A stretch of DNA of 64,000 nucleotides, from the NCBI GenBank assembly GCA_001787535.1, contig MFXP01000002.1, positions 21,597 through 85,596 on the forward strand. The letters run 5' to 3'. Shown piece by piece: positions 18,540-27,893 of the stretch. Position 1 is the stretch's first letter. Every line of letters starts with the position of its first letter. Source of the DNA: Candidatus Peribacteria bacterium RIFCSPHIGHO2_01_FULL_51_35. Lineage in GTDB: Bacteria; Patescibacteriota; Gracilibacteria; Peribacterales; Peribacteraceae. The notes below the pieces were generated by a model that was not told the origin of the DNA, did no database searches, and saw only the letters and a program-made list of their open reading frames with translations. A program made the translations under genes and the position numbers.

Positions 18540-19550
18540 ATGAATGAGAAAGTAACCATTTGGCTCCCTGATGCCAAAAAAACGACCTCCTGCGGAGAGT
18601 CGATGGCAAAGACGTTCTATGACGTTCCGCTCGATATTTGTCTGCGCGGAGAGTTGGGAGCAGGCAAAACGACGTTTTTACAGGGATTTGCCAGAGCTCT
18701 TGGCATCACAGAGCCAATCACGAGCCCCACATATGCCCTGGAGCAACGCTATGAGACCGCCAAGGGTATGTCTCTCATTCACATCGATCTGTATCGCTTA
18801 CGTGCAAAGCAGGCCAAGGAATTGCTCTCCACGACAGATAATCATAATGGCATTCGCGTCATAGAATGGCCGGAGCGCGCGGAGCGATCTACCGCCGAGC
18901 ATCCGACTATTTTCATCGATCTTGCCGAAGAGAAAAGTGGCAGATCACTGACCTGCATGTTCGAGGATATGCCGCTTCCTTCCAAGGATGATATTTATCA
19001 GTGGCGTAAAGATGTTCTTCTTCCCAAGCACATTGTTGCGCACTGCGATGCTGTTGGAGCGTTTGCAGAAAAACTTGCGCGATTGCTCATGAAGAGCGGA
19101 ACCATCGCACGCCCGCAGGCGCTGCTTCGCGCAGGACAGGTGCATGATCTTTTGCGCTTTATCGATTTCCGTCCGGGAGCGGCCCCTCCGGGCATGATGG
19201 AAACAACAGAAGAAACAAAACGACATACGGATTGGAAGCGGCGTTACAAAGATCTGCATCATGAAGCTGCATGCACGGAATTTCTGAAGGAACACGGCTA
19301 TGACGGTCTCGCAGCGATCGTATTGACGCACGGATTCTCGCGTTCGAAGGAACGTGAAACAATCGAGCAAGAATTGCTGTTCTACGCAGACAAGCGCGCG
19401 AAGATGGATGTCATCGTTTCTCTGGATGAACGCTTCCGCGATTTTCGCAAACGGTACGGAGCATCCAAAGAGAGCGATCAAGCGGAAATCTGGTTCAGGG
19501 AGTGCAAAGACCTGGAAGAAAAACTTTTCCCCGAAGGTGCCCCCTTTTAG
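18540..19550 (+). CDS. tsaE: TsaE (t6A biosynthesis ATPase) fused to an HD-domain
   Basis: GELGAGKTT, SPTY, HIDLYRL, IEWPE; C-terminal H...VHD...HHE...TH...YADKR. Confidence 0.85.
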   Translation: MNEKVTIWLPDAKKTTSCGESMAKTFYDVPLDICLRGELGAGKTTFLQGFARALGITEPITSPTYALEQRYETAKGMSLIHIDLYRLRAKQAKELLSTTDNHNGIRVIEWPERAERSTAEHPTIFIDLAEEKSGRSLTCMFEDMPLPSKDDIYQWRKDVLLPKHIVAHCDAVGAFAEKLARLLMKSGTIARPQALLRAGQVHDLLRFIDFRPGAAPPGMMETTEETKRHTDWKRRYKDLHHEAACTEFLKEHGYDGLAAIVLTHGFSRSKERETIEQELLFYADKRAKMDVIVSLDERFRDFRKRYGASKESDQAEIWFRECKDLEEKLFPEGAPF

Positions 19551-19551
19551 A

Positions 19552-20139
19552 TTAAAAGTTCCACGGAATCAATTGGTCTACCAATGCTTTCTCCAGGAGA
19601 GTTGCATCGATGGTCAACAGCATGGGAGCAAGCAGCAGCAGAAGAGTGCAGAATGCGGCAATGCAGAGCATACAAGCGACAAAGAAAGACCAACGAGCCC
19701 GTACGTTTTCGTGCAGATGTTGCATGTGTTCTTGCGGATTCATGAGCGTGTCAAGGAAGCGATAGAGAATTTCCAATTTCGGAATCACAGTGCCAAGGCC
19801 GCGCGCAAGCGTGACTCCCGCACGCACAAGTCCGCTTACCGCTGCAACTTCCACGCCATGGTGCAGGTACACGACGAACACGAGACCGATGAGGAGCAGG
19901 ACGATGTCGATGCTGCTCTCGGAGAACATGGCCTTAAGCGTCTCTTTGCGTTTGTATCCGTAGACTTCGGTGTATTTCACATAGTCCAATGTCATATGAG
20001 CAATGATGACGAGTGCAAACATGCCGAGATTGAACAAAGCAGCGATCAAAAATGTCACCACCAAGTATCCTGCATGAAAGGCAGGCATCTTGTCGTGTTC
20101 GTGAATGAACAAACGAATGTTGTTTGTTAGGATGTGCAT
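19552..20139 (-). CDS. Hypothetical multi-pass membrane protein
   Basis: Several hydrophobic segments; typical codon style. Confidence 0.6.
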   Translation of the reverse strand: MHILTNNIRLFIHEHDKMPAFHAGYLVVTFLIAALFNLGMFALVIIAHMTLDYVKYTEVYGYKRKETLKAMFSESSIDIVLLLIGLVFVVYLHHGVEVAAVSGLVRAGVTLARGLGTVIPKLEILYRFLDTLMNPQEHMQHLHENVRARWSFFVACMLCIAAFCTLLLLLAPMLLTIDATLLEKALVDQLIPWNF

Positions 20140-20233
20140 TTGTGAAATTATAACATATTTCTTATACCTTAGCAATAGACCACAATTGCTTTAGAGAAGA
20201 CAAGGTCGACTTTCGCAATCAAGCAAATACTTA

Positions 20234-20848
20234 TCAATTGCTTCTTTGAGCCAAACTTTCATGAAATTTATTTAATGCTTCAAACATTACGCTGGCAAGA
20301 GCTGAATCGACTTTCCAGCCCTTCCTATCCTTTTCTGGCAGGGAACCAACGGTTTTTTCATACATGTCTGCTTCCGCATGAAGGGAAAAATCCGTCGCAG
20401 CAATATTGGCCAGTGCAGCTTTCATAATATATGAGGCAGCAAATGATATTTCCTTGTGCAGTTGAGGGTACTTTCCATATTTTGGCAAAGACAATTCAAA
20501 TGCTCTTTCACCTGCATCTGTAATTAATGCGGGAAAATTTTCTATAGCAAAACCATCATTTGGAAATTGAGGAATAGCACTCCTTACAGCCTGAACAACA
20601 AGAGACTTGATGATCCGAGTTTCATCGTCACTAAAATTAGGAGGCAGCAAATTCAGTTCTCTTAATTGTTTTATCAGATCATCTAAATTTGTATCATTCA
20701 AATATTCCTCAATCTCGGAATTCAGTTCACTTTCGAAGTTGGCCATGGAAAATTGCTTCCCTTGTAAGCTATTAGGATCGAAGAATACTTCTCTCTGCAG
20801 TATTTCTGAATACATATATGAAAGGCTAATGAGTAAAATTTCATGCAA
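20234..20848 (-). CDS. Hypothetical protein, AT-rich ORFan (start uncertain)
   Basis: Long ORF in AT-rich DNA. Confidence 0.5.
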   Translation of the reverse strand: MHEILLISLSYMYSEILQREVFFDPNSLQGKQFSMANFESELNSEIEEYLNDTNLDDLIKQLRELNLLPPNFSDDETRIIKSLVVQAVRSAIPQFPNDGFAIENFPALITDAGERAFELSLPKYGKYPQLHKEISFAASYIMKAALANIAATDFSLHAEADMYEKTVGSLPEKDRKGWKVDSALASVMFEALNKFHESLAQRSN

Positions 20849-20918
20849 CTTTATACCATAAGTTTGTTAATGTCAATTCTTGCTAAACTGATTAAAATCA
20901 CTATTCCAGGAAAGGACC

Positions 20919-22193
20919 TTAAGTCCTCAAGATTTTTCTTGTCCTCTCCAGCCGTCCCCGCACCTCCGCCTCAAATCCCCTCTCCGTCGGTTCGTAGAAA
21001 TTTTGAGGCTTCATTCCGATGGGAAAATAATCCGCTTTCACCACGCCGTCTTTGTGATCGTGCGGGTATTGATACCCGACGTGGTAGCCCTGTTCCTTCA
21101 TGCCTTTCACCGGCGCATTGCGTACGTGATACGGCACCTCGAGCGTTGACGCTTTGTTGATGGCTTGCTTTGCACCGCTCATTGCGACAGTCACGGCATT
21201 GCTCTTTGGTGCTTGCGACACATACACGCACGCATGTGCCAGAAAAAATTCTCCTTCCGGAAGCCCTACGAGTTCAAACGCTTGCCACGCGGCAATGACA
21301 ATTTGCAATGCGCGCGGATCTGCCATGCCGATATCTTCGGATGCAAAGATCGCCATGCGGCGGAAGATGAAGCGCGGATCTTCTCCGCTCTCGATCATTT
21401 TGAAGAGCCAAATAAGTGCGGCATCGGGATCGCTCCCGCGCATGGTTTTAATGAAGGCAGAGATCGTGTCGTAGTGATCCTCGCCTTTTTGGTCATACCG
21501 CTTGCTTCGTTCTTTGAGCAGCGCTTGTGCATGTTCGACGGAGATCTTTTTACCGACGGTCATGACGGCCATTTCGAGCAAATTCAAAGCGATGCGCGCA
21601 TCACCGTTCGCACGCGTTGCGATGTGCGTGATGGCTTCATCGCTGATCTGCACCGTGCCTTTGAACCCTTCTTCATGAACCAGTGCGCGTTTGATGATCG
21701 CCTCGAGCTCTGAAACTTGGAGCGGCTTCAGCAAATATACTTGTGAGCGGGACACGAGTGCTTGGTTCACATCAAAGTACGGATTCTGTGTTGTCGCACC
21801 TATCAAGATCACGACCCCGCTCTCGACGAACGGAAGCATGGCATCCTGTTGCGATCGATTGAACCGATGAATTTCATCGATGAACAGAATCGTTCTCTGT
21901 TTCAGATTCTGATGCAAACTCTGCGCTTCCTCGCATACAGCCCGGAGTTCTTTCACACCACTGATGACTGCATTCAGCTGCACAAAGGCTGCATTCGTGG
22001 CTTCTGCAATGATCGTCGCGAGCGTGGTCTTCCCTGTGCCAGGAGGCCCTGCAAGAATCACCGAGGAAAGTTTGTCTTCTTCTATGGCTTTGCGTAGCGG
22101 CGTGCCTTTGCCAACAATTTCTTGCTGTCCCACGAAATCATCCAACGCTTTTGGGCGAAGCCTGTAAGCCAGCGGAGCTTGGGTTGCTTGCAT
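20919..22193 (-). CDS. rarA: Replication-associated recombination protein A (MgsA/RarA)
   Basis: PLAYRLRP, GPPGTGKTT, FIDEIHRF, GATTQNP, HYDTISAFIK.MRGSDPDAA, SEDIG. Confidence 0.95.
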   Translation of the reverse strand: MQATQAPLAYRLRPKALDDFVGQQEIVGKGTPLRKAIEEDKLSSVILAGPPGTGKTTLATIIAEATNAAFVQLNAVISGVKELRAVCEEAQSLHQNLKQRTILFIDEIHRFNRSQQDAMLPFVESGVVILIGATTQNPYFDVNQALVSRSQVYLLKPLQVSELEAIIKRALVHEEGFKGTVQISDEAITHIATRANGDARIALNLLEMAVMTVGKKISVEHAQALLKERSKRYDQKGEDHYDTISAFIKTMRGSDPDAALIWLFKMIESGEDPRFIFRRMAIFASEDIGMADPRALQIVIAAWQAFELVGLPEGEFFLAHACVYVSQAPKSNAVTVAMSGAKQAINKASTLEVPYHVRNAPVKGMKEQGYHVGYQYPHDHKDGVVKADYFPIGMKPQNFYEPTERGFEAEVRGRLERTRKILRT

Positions 22194-22209
22194 CAGTATT
22201 GATAATACC

Positions 22210-22295
22210 AGAGCAGGTCTTCGACCTGCGATGAAAAGGCAAGCAAACAACGGATTTCTTCGTCTTGCGTTAATCGCGCGTCGAAGACGCGCTCT
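22210..22295. repeat. REPIN-like doublet (two inverted GAGC-stem-TCTTCGA-stem-GCGAT units)
   Basis: AGAGCAGGTCTTCGACCTGCGAT ... ATCGCGCGTCGAAGACGCGCTCT; second copy at 47847-47910. Confidence 0.75.
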
Positions 22296-22352
22296 TCGCT
22301 TGCAAAATGAATCCATCTGAACGAAAATAGTCCTATTCTTTCTTCCCTTTTT

Positions 22353-22490
22353 ATGAACAAAGTCTGCGGAACCTGCGGCAAGGAAATAGAGATCTGCCCC
22401 GAGTGTGGCGGCAAGATCTGTGTGCCGGATTGTCCGGATAGAGTGGATGACGGCTGCACCTGTGATGTGGGAGAAGACAGCGACGAATAA
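22353..22490 (+). CDS. 45-aa cysteine-rich micro-protein (8 Cys)
   Basis: MNKVCGTCGKEIEICPECGGKICVPDCPDRVDDGCTCDVGEDSDE*; pyrimidine-rich leader as on other genes here. Confidence 0.7.
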   Translation: MNKVCGTCGKEIEICPECGGKICVPDCPDRVDDGCTCDVGEDSDE

Positions 22491-22544
22491 TTTCCTCGCA
22501 GCGGAAGATCGTGGTTCGATGCGCTCACCATAAACTATCTTCCG

Positions 22545-23108
22545 CTACATTTTGAGGAAATATTCGTGCAATCGTGTTTCCCCACGAACCTCCGGGTGGC
22601 ACGTTGCAATGAGGATATTTTTTTGTCGAGCAACGACCGGATGCCCTTTATGTGTGGCGAGCACGTTTGTTCTCCGTCCCGCTCGCGTGATGATGGGAGC
22701 ACGTATGAAAGCGACATCCACTGATTTTGCGAGGTCTTTGACATCGATGCTTGCTTCAAAGCTTTGCAGTTGCGATCCGTACGCATTGCGATCCACCGTG
22801 ATGTCGATCAATCCCAAAGACTTCGGGGCGTTCCTTCCCGTAATCTTCCTCGCGAGAATAATTGCGCCAGCACATGTTCCAAAGATCGAGAGTGTTTTTC
22901 TTCGAACTCTTTTGATGATCGCACGATCTAGTTTTGTCTCACGTAAAAATTTTGCTATGACCGTGCTTTCCCCGCCCGGAATGATCAGTTTTTGTACACC
23001 TGCAAGATCATCCACAGTGCGCACTTCTATGGAAGTGATGCCAAGGCTCCCTAGCACTGCTTTGTGCTCAGAAAAATCGCCGTGGAATGCTAAAATCCCT
23101 ACTTTCAT
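22545..23108 (-). CDS. pdxT: PLP synthase glutaminase subunit
   Basis: IPGGEST, FGTCAG, RNAYGSQ, FIRAP, HPE. Confidence 0.95.
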   Translation of the reverse strand: MKVGILAFHGDFSEHKAVLGSLGITSIEVRTVDDLAGVQKLIIPGGESTVIAKFLRETKLDRAIIKRVRRKTLSIFGTCAGAIILARKITGRNAPKSLGLIDITVDRNAYGSQLQSFEASIDVKDLAKSVDVAFIRAPIITRAGRRTNVLATHKGHPVVARQKNILIATCHPEVRGETRLHEYFLKM

Positions 23109-23140
23109 AACAGTATTATAACTACTATAGACATTTATAA

Positions 23141-23208
23141 AAGTGCCAAGGGCGAAGTGCCATGTGCCAAGTATTTCCTTGGCACTTCGAACCTGGCACT
23201 TGGCACTT
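23141..23208. repeat. Inverted repeat built of AAGTGCC heptamers
   Basis: aagtgcc aagggcg aagtgcc atgtgcc ... ggcactt cgaacct ggcactt ggcactt, between pdxS and pdxT. Confidence 0.8.
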
Positions 23209-23210
23209 TG

Positions 23211-24104
23211 CTAGAGTCCTCTTTCCTGCATCCTGGCAGGTAATGTCGATATTTCCAGCCCCGGCATTGCCAGTCCCAGACCTGTGCTGACTTTGGCAAG
23301 GACATTCGCATCTTTGTAGTGCACGGTCGCCTGAACTATCGCATGCGCAAATTTTGCAGGATCTTTTGATTTGAATATTCCTGAGCCCACGAAGACGCCT
23401 TCTGCGCCCAATTGCATCAAAAGCGCTGCATCCGCAGGCGTTGCGATTCCTCCGGCGACAAATGTCACGACGGGGAGTCGCTGCAAGTCTTTCACTTTCT
23501 TCACAAGATCGAGCGATGCTCTTTCTTTCTTCGCATAGGCAGCCAATTGCGTCGCGGACATTTTTTTGAGCGCTGCGATCTCTCGATTGATCAACTTCAA
23601 ATGCCGGACAGCTTCGACAACATTGCCTGTGCCCGCTTCGCCTTTCGTGCGGATCATCGCGGCACCTTCATCAATTCTTCTTAGAGCTTCACCAAGATTC
23701 GTCGCGCCGCAGACAAACGGAATCTTAAAATCTTTTTTAGCGACATGATCAAACGGATCCGCAGGCGTCAGCACTTCGGACTCATCGATAAAATCAATAT
23801 TGAGTGACTCCAAAATTCTTGCTTCCGCCGTGTGGCCGATACGCACTTTTGCCATCACGGGAATAGAGACTGCTTTTTGAATCTCTTTGATCAGCTTAGG
23901 ATCACTCATGCGTGCCACTCCCCCTTGGGCGCGAATGTCGCTGGGAACGCGCTCTAGGGCCATAACAGCGCATGCTCCTGCCTTCTCTGCGATCCTCGCT
24001 TGCTTGGCTGTGACCACATCCATAATGACACCGCCTTTGAGCATCTTTGCCAGGTCTTCGCCGAGGATGTTTCGCCCTTTTTTCACGAGACGGAATTGTA
24101 GCAT
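23211..24104 (-). CDS. pdxS: PLP synthase lyase subunit
   Basis: [40 protein letters not shown]. Confidence 0.97.
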   Translation of the reverse strand: MLQFRLVKKGRNILGEDLAKMLKGGVIMDVVTAKQARIAEKAGACAVMALERVPSDIRAQGGVARMSDPKLIKEIQKAVSIPVMAKVRIGHTAEARILESLNIDFIDESEVLTPADPFDHVAKKDFKIPFVCGATNLGEALRRIDEGAAMIRTKGEAGTGNVVEAVRHLKLINREIAALKKMSATQLAAYAKKERASLDLVKKVKDLQRLPVVTFVAGGIATPADAALLMQLGAEGVFVGSGIFKSKDPAKFAHAIVQATVHYKDANVLAKVSTGLGLAMPGLEISTLPARMQERGL

Positions 24105-24143
24105 AGAAAAACCGATCAATATATCCCCCGGGTGCTTTTGCGA

Positions 24144-25715
24144 TCAAGCCCTTACGACCGTTTCCATGATTTTTTGCTGCAAGCCTGTCGCCTTTCCAAT
24201 TTGATCGGGCAGCAGGCAGGAAAGGACGGGGTCGCGTTCTTCTGCTGAATAGAGAACCGTGTACATCTCGGGCAACATCGGTTGCATCATTTCTTCCAGC
24301 GTAACAGTCTTGCTCAGCGCCAAAAAATGCTCGTAGGACGTATCGCATTCTTCCTCCAGAATCATGTCTATGCCGGTGGCCGGCACGATATCGTCTTCCC
24401 GTGTTTTGGTATACGCCAAGACGAGTCCATCGCCGCCCAATTCCTTCGTTTGAACGGGGGCGAGAGCTTCCGCCTCTTTGGTTTCGCCAAGATCCGTAAG
24501 CAACTGACCCCACGCATCCTTAATCACCGTGAGGTCATGCACTTGGCAAAAACCACCCAGGCACTTCATGCCGTAATAGAGGGAAATCATAAGATAGCAG
24601 AGTGCCATGCTCGGATACATCTTGCGGTTTCGCAATGCATCGCTTATTGCTTCCGGCGTCAGCTCGAAGCGCAACACCCCGTCTTCGGATTGCAACGCAG
24701 CATCGTGTAACATCAAACGGACACGGTGTCCCTGAGCATCTATGCCCCAGAATAAAACGCTTCCGGATTTATTCTCGAGCGAAAATGCGCCATGAAGATT
24801 ATTGAAATATTTCAAAAAGAGCGTCCGTGCTGCCGGGTCGAACATCATCCTATAAATGAGGGTATTCTTTGTTAAATGATGCCGGAGCAGCAACCGGCGC
24901 ACCACCGATTCGATATCAACGTAAATCAGGTTTGGCACGTCCTGTGCATTCCGAAAGAGCGTCGGCCAGAGCATGTAATTGATTTTCGTGAATTGCTGGT
25001 TGGCATCGTCCGCTTGCAGGACATTCTCCGCTCCAAAGTGCGTTTGTAGAATGGCGTGAACTTTGTACGCTCGCTTGGCAGTCACCTGATTGGTCTGTAC
25101 TTTTTTGTCCAATTCCGCATGCGCGCGATCCAGATCTTCGCTGGTAAAAGGGCGAGTGGCATACACCACGGACATTTTTTCTCTGTCCAAGAAGATGGGC
25201 AATTTTATCAGATTCCGGGAGCCATTCATGCCTCCGTGGAACAGCAGACCGCGCGCGAAAGTGGATGCATTGTTTAAGGAAGTACTCGAAAAGGAAAAGA
25301 CGACGAGGTTTTGCAAAGTTTCGTCGCGAGCTTCTTTGTACGGCAAAGCCGAGATGATGTTCGCATTGAGGAAGAACGGATGCTGGATGGGGCCGTGATG
25401 GTCCGTGGTGGAAACAAGAGGCCGCTTTTCCAGTTGTCGTGCTACGGAATCCGCTACGTTTTCATCCAAGCGCTCCGCAACCAGTTCGCGCACTATGGAA
25501 ATAAGTTCGGGTTTGCGTTCATCGAGCCCCGGGCTTGGGTTCACATCCAAGAAATCACGTGAGTATGTGAAAAGGTTCTTGCCGCCGTGTTTCTCCATAA
25601 TACTGCCGAGCACTGGTCTCCTCCGCCAGATGGCGGTTTTGAGAGCTTCTAACGTGCCACGCACCGTCCACTCGGTTCCATCTGCTCTGCGGATGCTTGC
25701 ATCCGAAAATACCAT
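24144..25715 (-). CDS. Hypothetical protein (523 aa), possibly an enzyme
   Basis: Long ORF co-oriented with pdxS; STTDHHGP and GGFCQV motifs; no family recognised. Confidence 0.7.
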   Translation of the reverse strand: MVFSDASIRRADGTEWTVRGTLEALKTAIWRRRPVLGSIMEKHGGKNLFTYSRDFLDVNPSPGLDERKPELISIVRELVAERLDENVADSVARQLEKRPLVSTTDHHGPIQHPFFLNANIISALPYKEARDETLQNLVVFSFSSTSLNNASTFARGLLFHGGMNGSRNLIKLPIFLDREKMSVVYATRPFTSEDLDRAHAELDKKVQTNQVTAKRAYKVHAILQTHFGAENVLQADDANQQFTKINYMLWPTLFRNAQDVPNLIYVDIESVVRRLLLRHHLTKNTLIYRMMFDPAARTLFLKYFNNLHGAFSLENKSGSVLFWGIDAQGHRVRLMLHDAALQSEDGVLRFELTPEAISDALRNRKMYPSMALCYLMISLYYGMKCLGGFCQVHDLTVIKDAWGQLLTDLGETKEAEALAPVQTKELGGDGLVLAYTKTREDDIVPATGIDMILEEECDTSYEHFLALSKTVTLEEMMQPMLPEMYTVLYSAEERDPVLSCLLPDQIGKATGLQQKIMETVVRA

Positions 25716-25804
25716 AATTGATAGAGCATTATAGAAACGAAGCCTCGGAAAGCAAGGGTGTAAAACGAGAGAATCTCTGTAACTATTTACGCCGTCACAG
25801 GGGC

Positions 25805-27001
25805 TTACTCTGCAGTTCTGACCACATACAGTACACCTGCCTTGTCATCCGAAATCAGCATTTCTCCTTTTGCCGTAAATCCGACCCCAACCGGCCGTCC
25901 CCAACTGCTTCCATCGGGCAGAAGCCATCCTGTGATGAAATCTTGCGGCTTGGGATCACGTTCCGATGTATCAAACCAAATGATTTTGTAACCCGTCGGC
26001 ACACTGCGATTCCATGAGCCATGCAGTGCGACAAATAATCCATTGCGATACATGCGAGGGAGATTGCTGCTTCCGGGAGCAAATGTGAGTCCGAGCGGTG
26101 CTGAGTGCGCTTGCATGACGTACGTCGGATCCTCTGTTTCATTCTCGCAGAACTCCGCACGCCCAGGATACTCCGGTCCCGCGATGCCATTGCCATGGCA
26201 GTACGGCCACCCATAATGTTTGCCTTCTTCCACGACATCGATTTCTTCCGGCGGGACACCATCCCCTATCAAGTCGCGCCCATTGTCCGTCGCCCAAAGC
26301 TGATCATCTTCAAAGACAAAACCGACGGCATTCCGTAATCCTTTTGCGATGACCTGTTCGCCTGTTCCATGCAGGTTATAGCGAAGGATTGCGGCGCGTT
26401 TTTCGTTTGATTCCTCGCAGAGGTTGCAGCTGCTGCCGACGGAAACATAGAGTTTGCCATCATGAATCTGTACGGTGCGCGTTACATGACCGCCGCCCGA
26501 AGGGAGTCCGCGCACGAGGATTTCCTTCTCCAGATACGTGCCATCCACATGCACATTTCGATACACGACGACTTGATGTTCTTCTCCCACGTAAAGATCC
26601 CCTTCATACCAATCGATTCCATGCGGACTGCGCAGGCCTTCATCCAAATAATTTTTACGATCGGAAACACCATCGCCGTCTTCATCTTTCAGCACAAAAA
26701 TATTTCCGGTGATGTCCGTGACGTACACCGTTCCGTCATCCGCAACATCGAAAAAACGCGGCTTTCCGAGACCCGTGGCAAACAGTTTTATTTCCAATCC
26801 TTCTGGAAGAGTGATCGATCGTCCATCCATCACTTCTTGTTTCACAAAACCACCGGTATCTGATGCGGATGCGGTCGAAGAAGATTCAGTCTCTTGTTCG
26901 TTCGTAGGAATTTCAATATCTGAAGTGCAGCCAAGAATGCTCATTGTGCCCACTAAAAGCAGTGCCAAAGGCAAAAGCGACATGTTTCGGATGGTCAACA
27001 T
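25805..27001 (-). CDS. PQQ-dependent sugar/sorbosone dehydrogenase-family lipoprotein
   Basis: Lipobox ILGC, SVGSSCN.C, GLRNAVG, YGWPYC, AHSAPLG, LHGSWNR, GRPVG. Confidence 0.85.
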   Translation of the reverse strand: MLTIRNMSLLPLALLLVGTMSILGCTSDIEIPTNEQETESSSTASASDTGGFVKQEVMDGRSITLPEGLEIKLFATGLGKPRFFDVADDGTVYVTDITGNIFVLKDEDGDGVSDRKNYLDEGLRSPHGIDWYEGDLYVGEEHQVVVYRNVHVDGTYLEKEILVRGLPSGGGHVTRTVQIHDGKLYVSVGSSCNLCEESNEKRAAILRYNLHGTGEQVIAKGLRNAVGFVFEDDQLWATDNGRDLIGDGVPPEEIDVVEEGKHYGWPYCHGNGIAGPEYPGRAEFCENETEDPTYVMQAHSAPLGLTFAPGSSNLPRMYRNGLFVALHGSWNRSVPTGYKIIWFDTSERDPKPQDFITGWLLPDGSSWGRPVGVGFTAKGEMLISDDKAGVLYVVRTAE

Positions 27002-27032
27002 AGACGCACAGTATAAAGGATGCGCACAGGAT

Positions 27033-27743
27033 TTACATCCGGATACTCAACGGATTGAACGACGTGTGCGTATCGTAGTGGTCTTCTTGTTCGGATTTCT
27101 TCAAGAAGGACACGATGCCGTAGGTGACAGGCGTGAAGAGCACTTCTATCGCAACTTTGAAAATGTAATTGGAGACAATCAGACTTACCGCGATTTCCCA
27201 TGGGAACACTCCGAAGGCACATGCAATCGTGATGAATGCGACTGTGTCCAAACCCTGACCAATCAGCGTGGATCCGATGGTACGTATCCAAAGCTGCTTT
27301 CCTTTTTGAATCACTTTCATCTTTGCCAAGACAACGGAGTTCGCAAACTCGCCGACAAAATATGCAGAGAGACTCGCGATGATGATGCCGCCGGAGCTTA
27401 TTCCGCCCAAGATGGCGGCAAATGCATCATCCCCTGCGTAGTCCAGCCACATGGCTTCGCCCGGCATCCATCCGACGATGCCTAGTGTGATGCTCATCAG
27501 AAGCGATGCAGCAAAGCCGACCCAAATCACTCTGCGTGCTCGCGCGAATCCGTACACTTCTGTGAGCACATCCGCGAAGATGTAACTTAAAGGAAAAAGC
27601 AATGTTCCGGCATCAAATGCCAGTGGCAGTACCCAGATTGATACTCCCCAATCCACAATTTTTGCAGAGGAAGCGATATTGCTGATGAGCAGGACGGCGA
27701 CGAATGCGCCGAGCAGAACATCGTAGTAGCGGTAGGTTTTCAT
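27033..27743 (-). CDS. yhhQ: Queuosine precursor transporter (YhhQ/VUT family)
   Basis: ISNI...K, FPLSYIFADVLTEVYG, ASLSAY, RTIGST..GQ.LDT. Confidence 0.88.
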   Translation of the reverse strand: MKTYRYYDVLLGAFVAVLLISNIASSAKIVDWGVSIWVLPLAFDAGTLLFPLSYIFADVLTEVYGFARARRVIWVGFAASLLMSITLGIVGWMPGEAMWLDYAGDDAFAAILGGISSGGIIIASLSAYFVGEFANSVVLAKMKVIQKGKQLWIRTIGSTLIGQGLDTVAFITIACAFGVFPWEIAVSLIVSNYIFKVAIEVLFTPVTYGIVSFLKKSEQEDHYDTHTSFNPLSIRM

Positions 27744-27762
27744 TCGATAAAGTGGGTAAATC

Positions 27763-27839
27763 TGGTCGGGGCGGCGGGACTTGAACTCGCGGCCTCCTGG
27801 TCCCAAACCAGGCGCTCTAGCCAACTGAGCTACGCCCCG
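27763..27839 (-). tRNA. tRNA-Pro(TGG)
   Basis: CGGGGCGTAGCTCAG...CCTGG-TTTGGGA-CCAGG...GTTCAAGT...CCCCGACCA; one T-stem mismatch. Confidence 0.93.
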
Positions 27840-27893
27840 ATGATGTATTCGAAGTATAAACGACATTTTTGCTGATTGGTATAAGATTCATTC

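Noticed and set aside
27033-27866. Extended N-termini in the ORF track (yhhQ from 27866, DUF4870 from 34547, tyrS from 6949)
   Set aside because: The extensions run through tRNA genes or neighbouring CDSs; downstream ATG starts were used instead.
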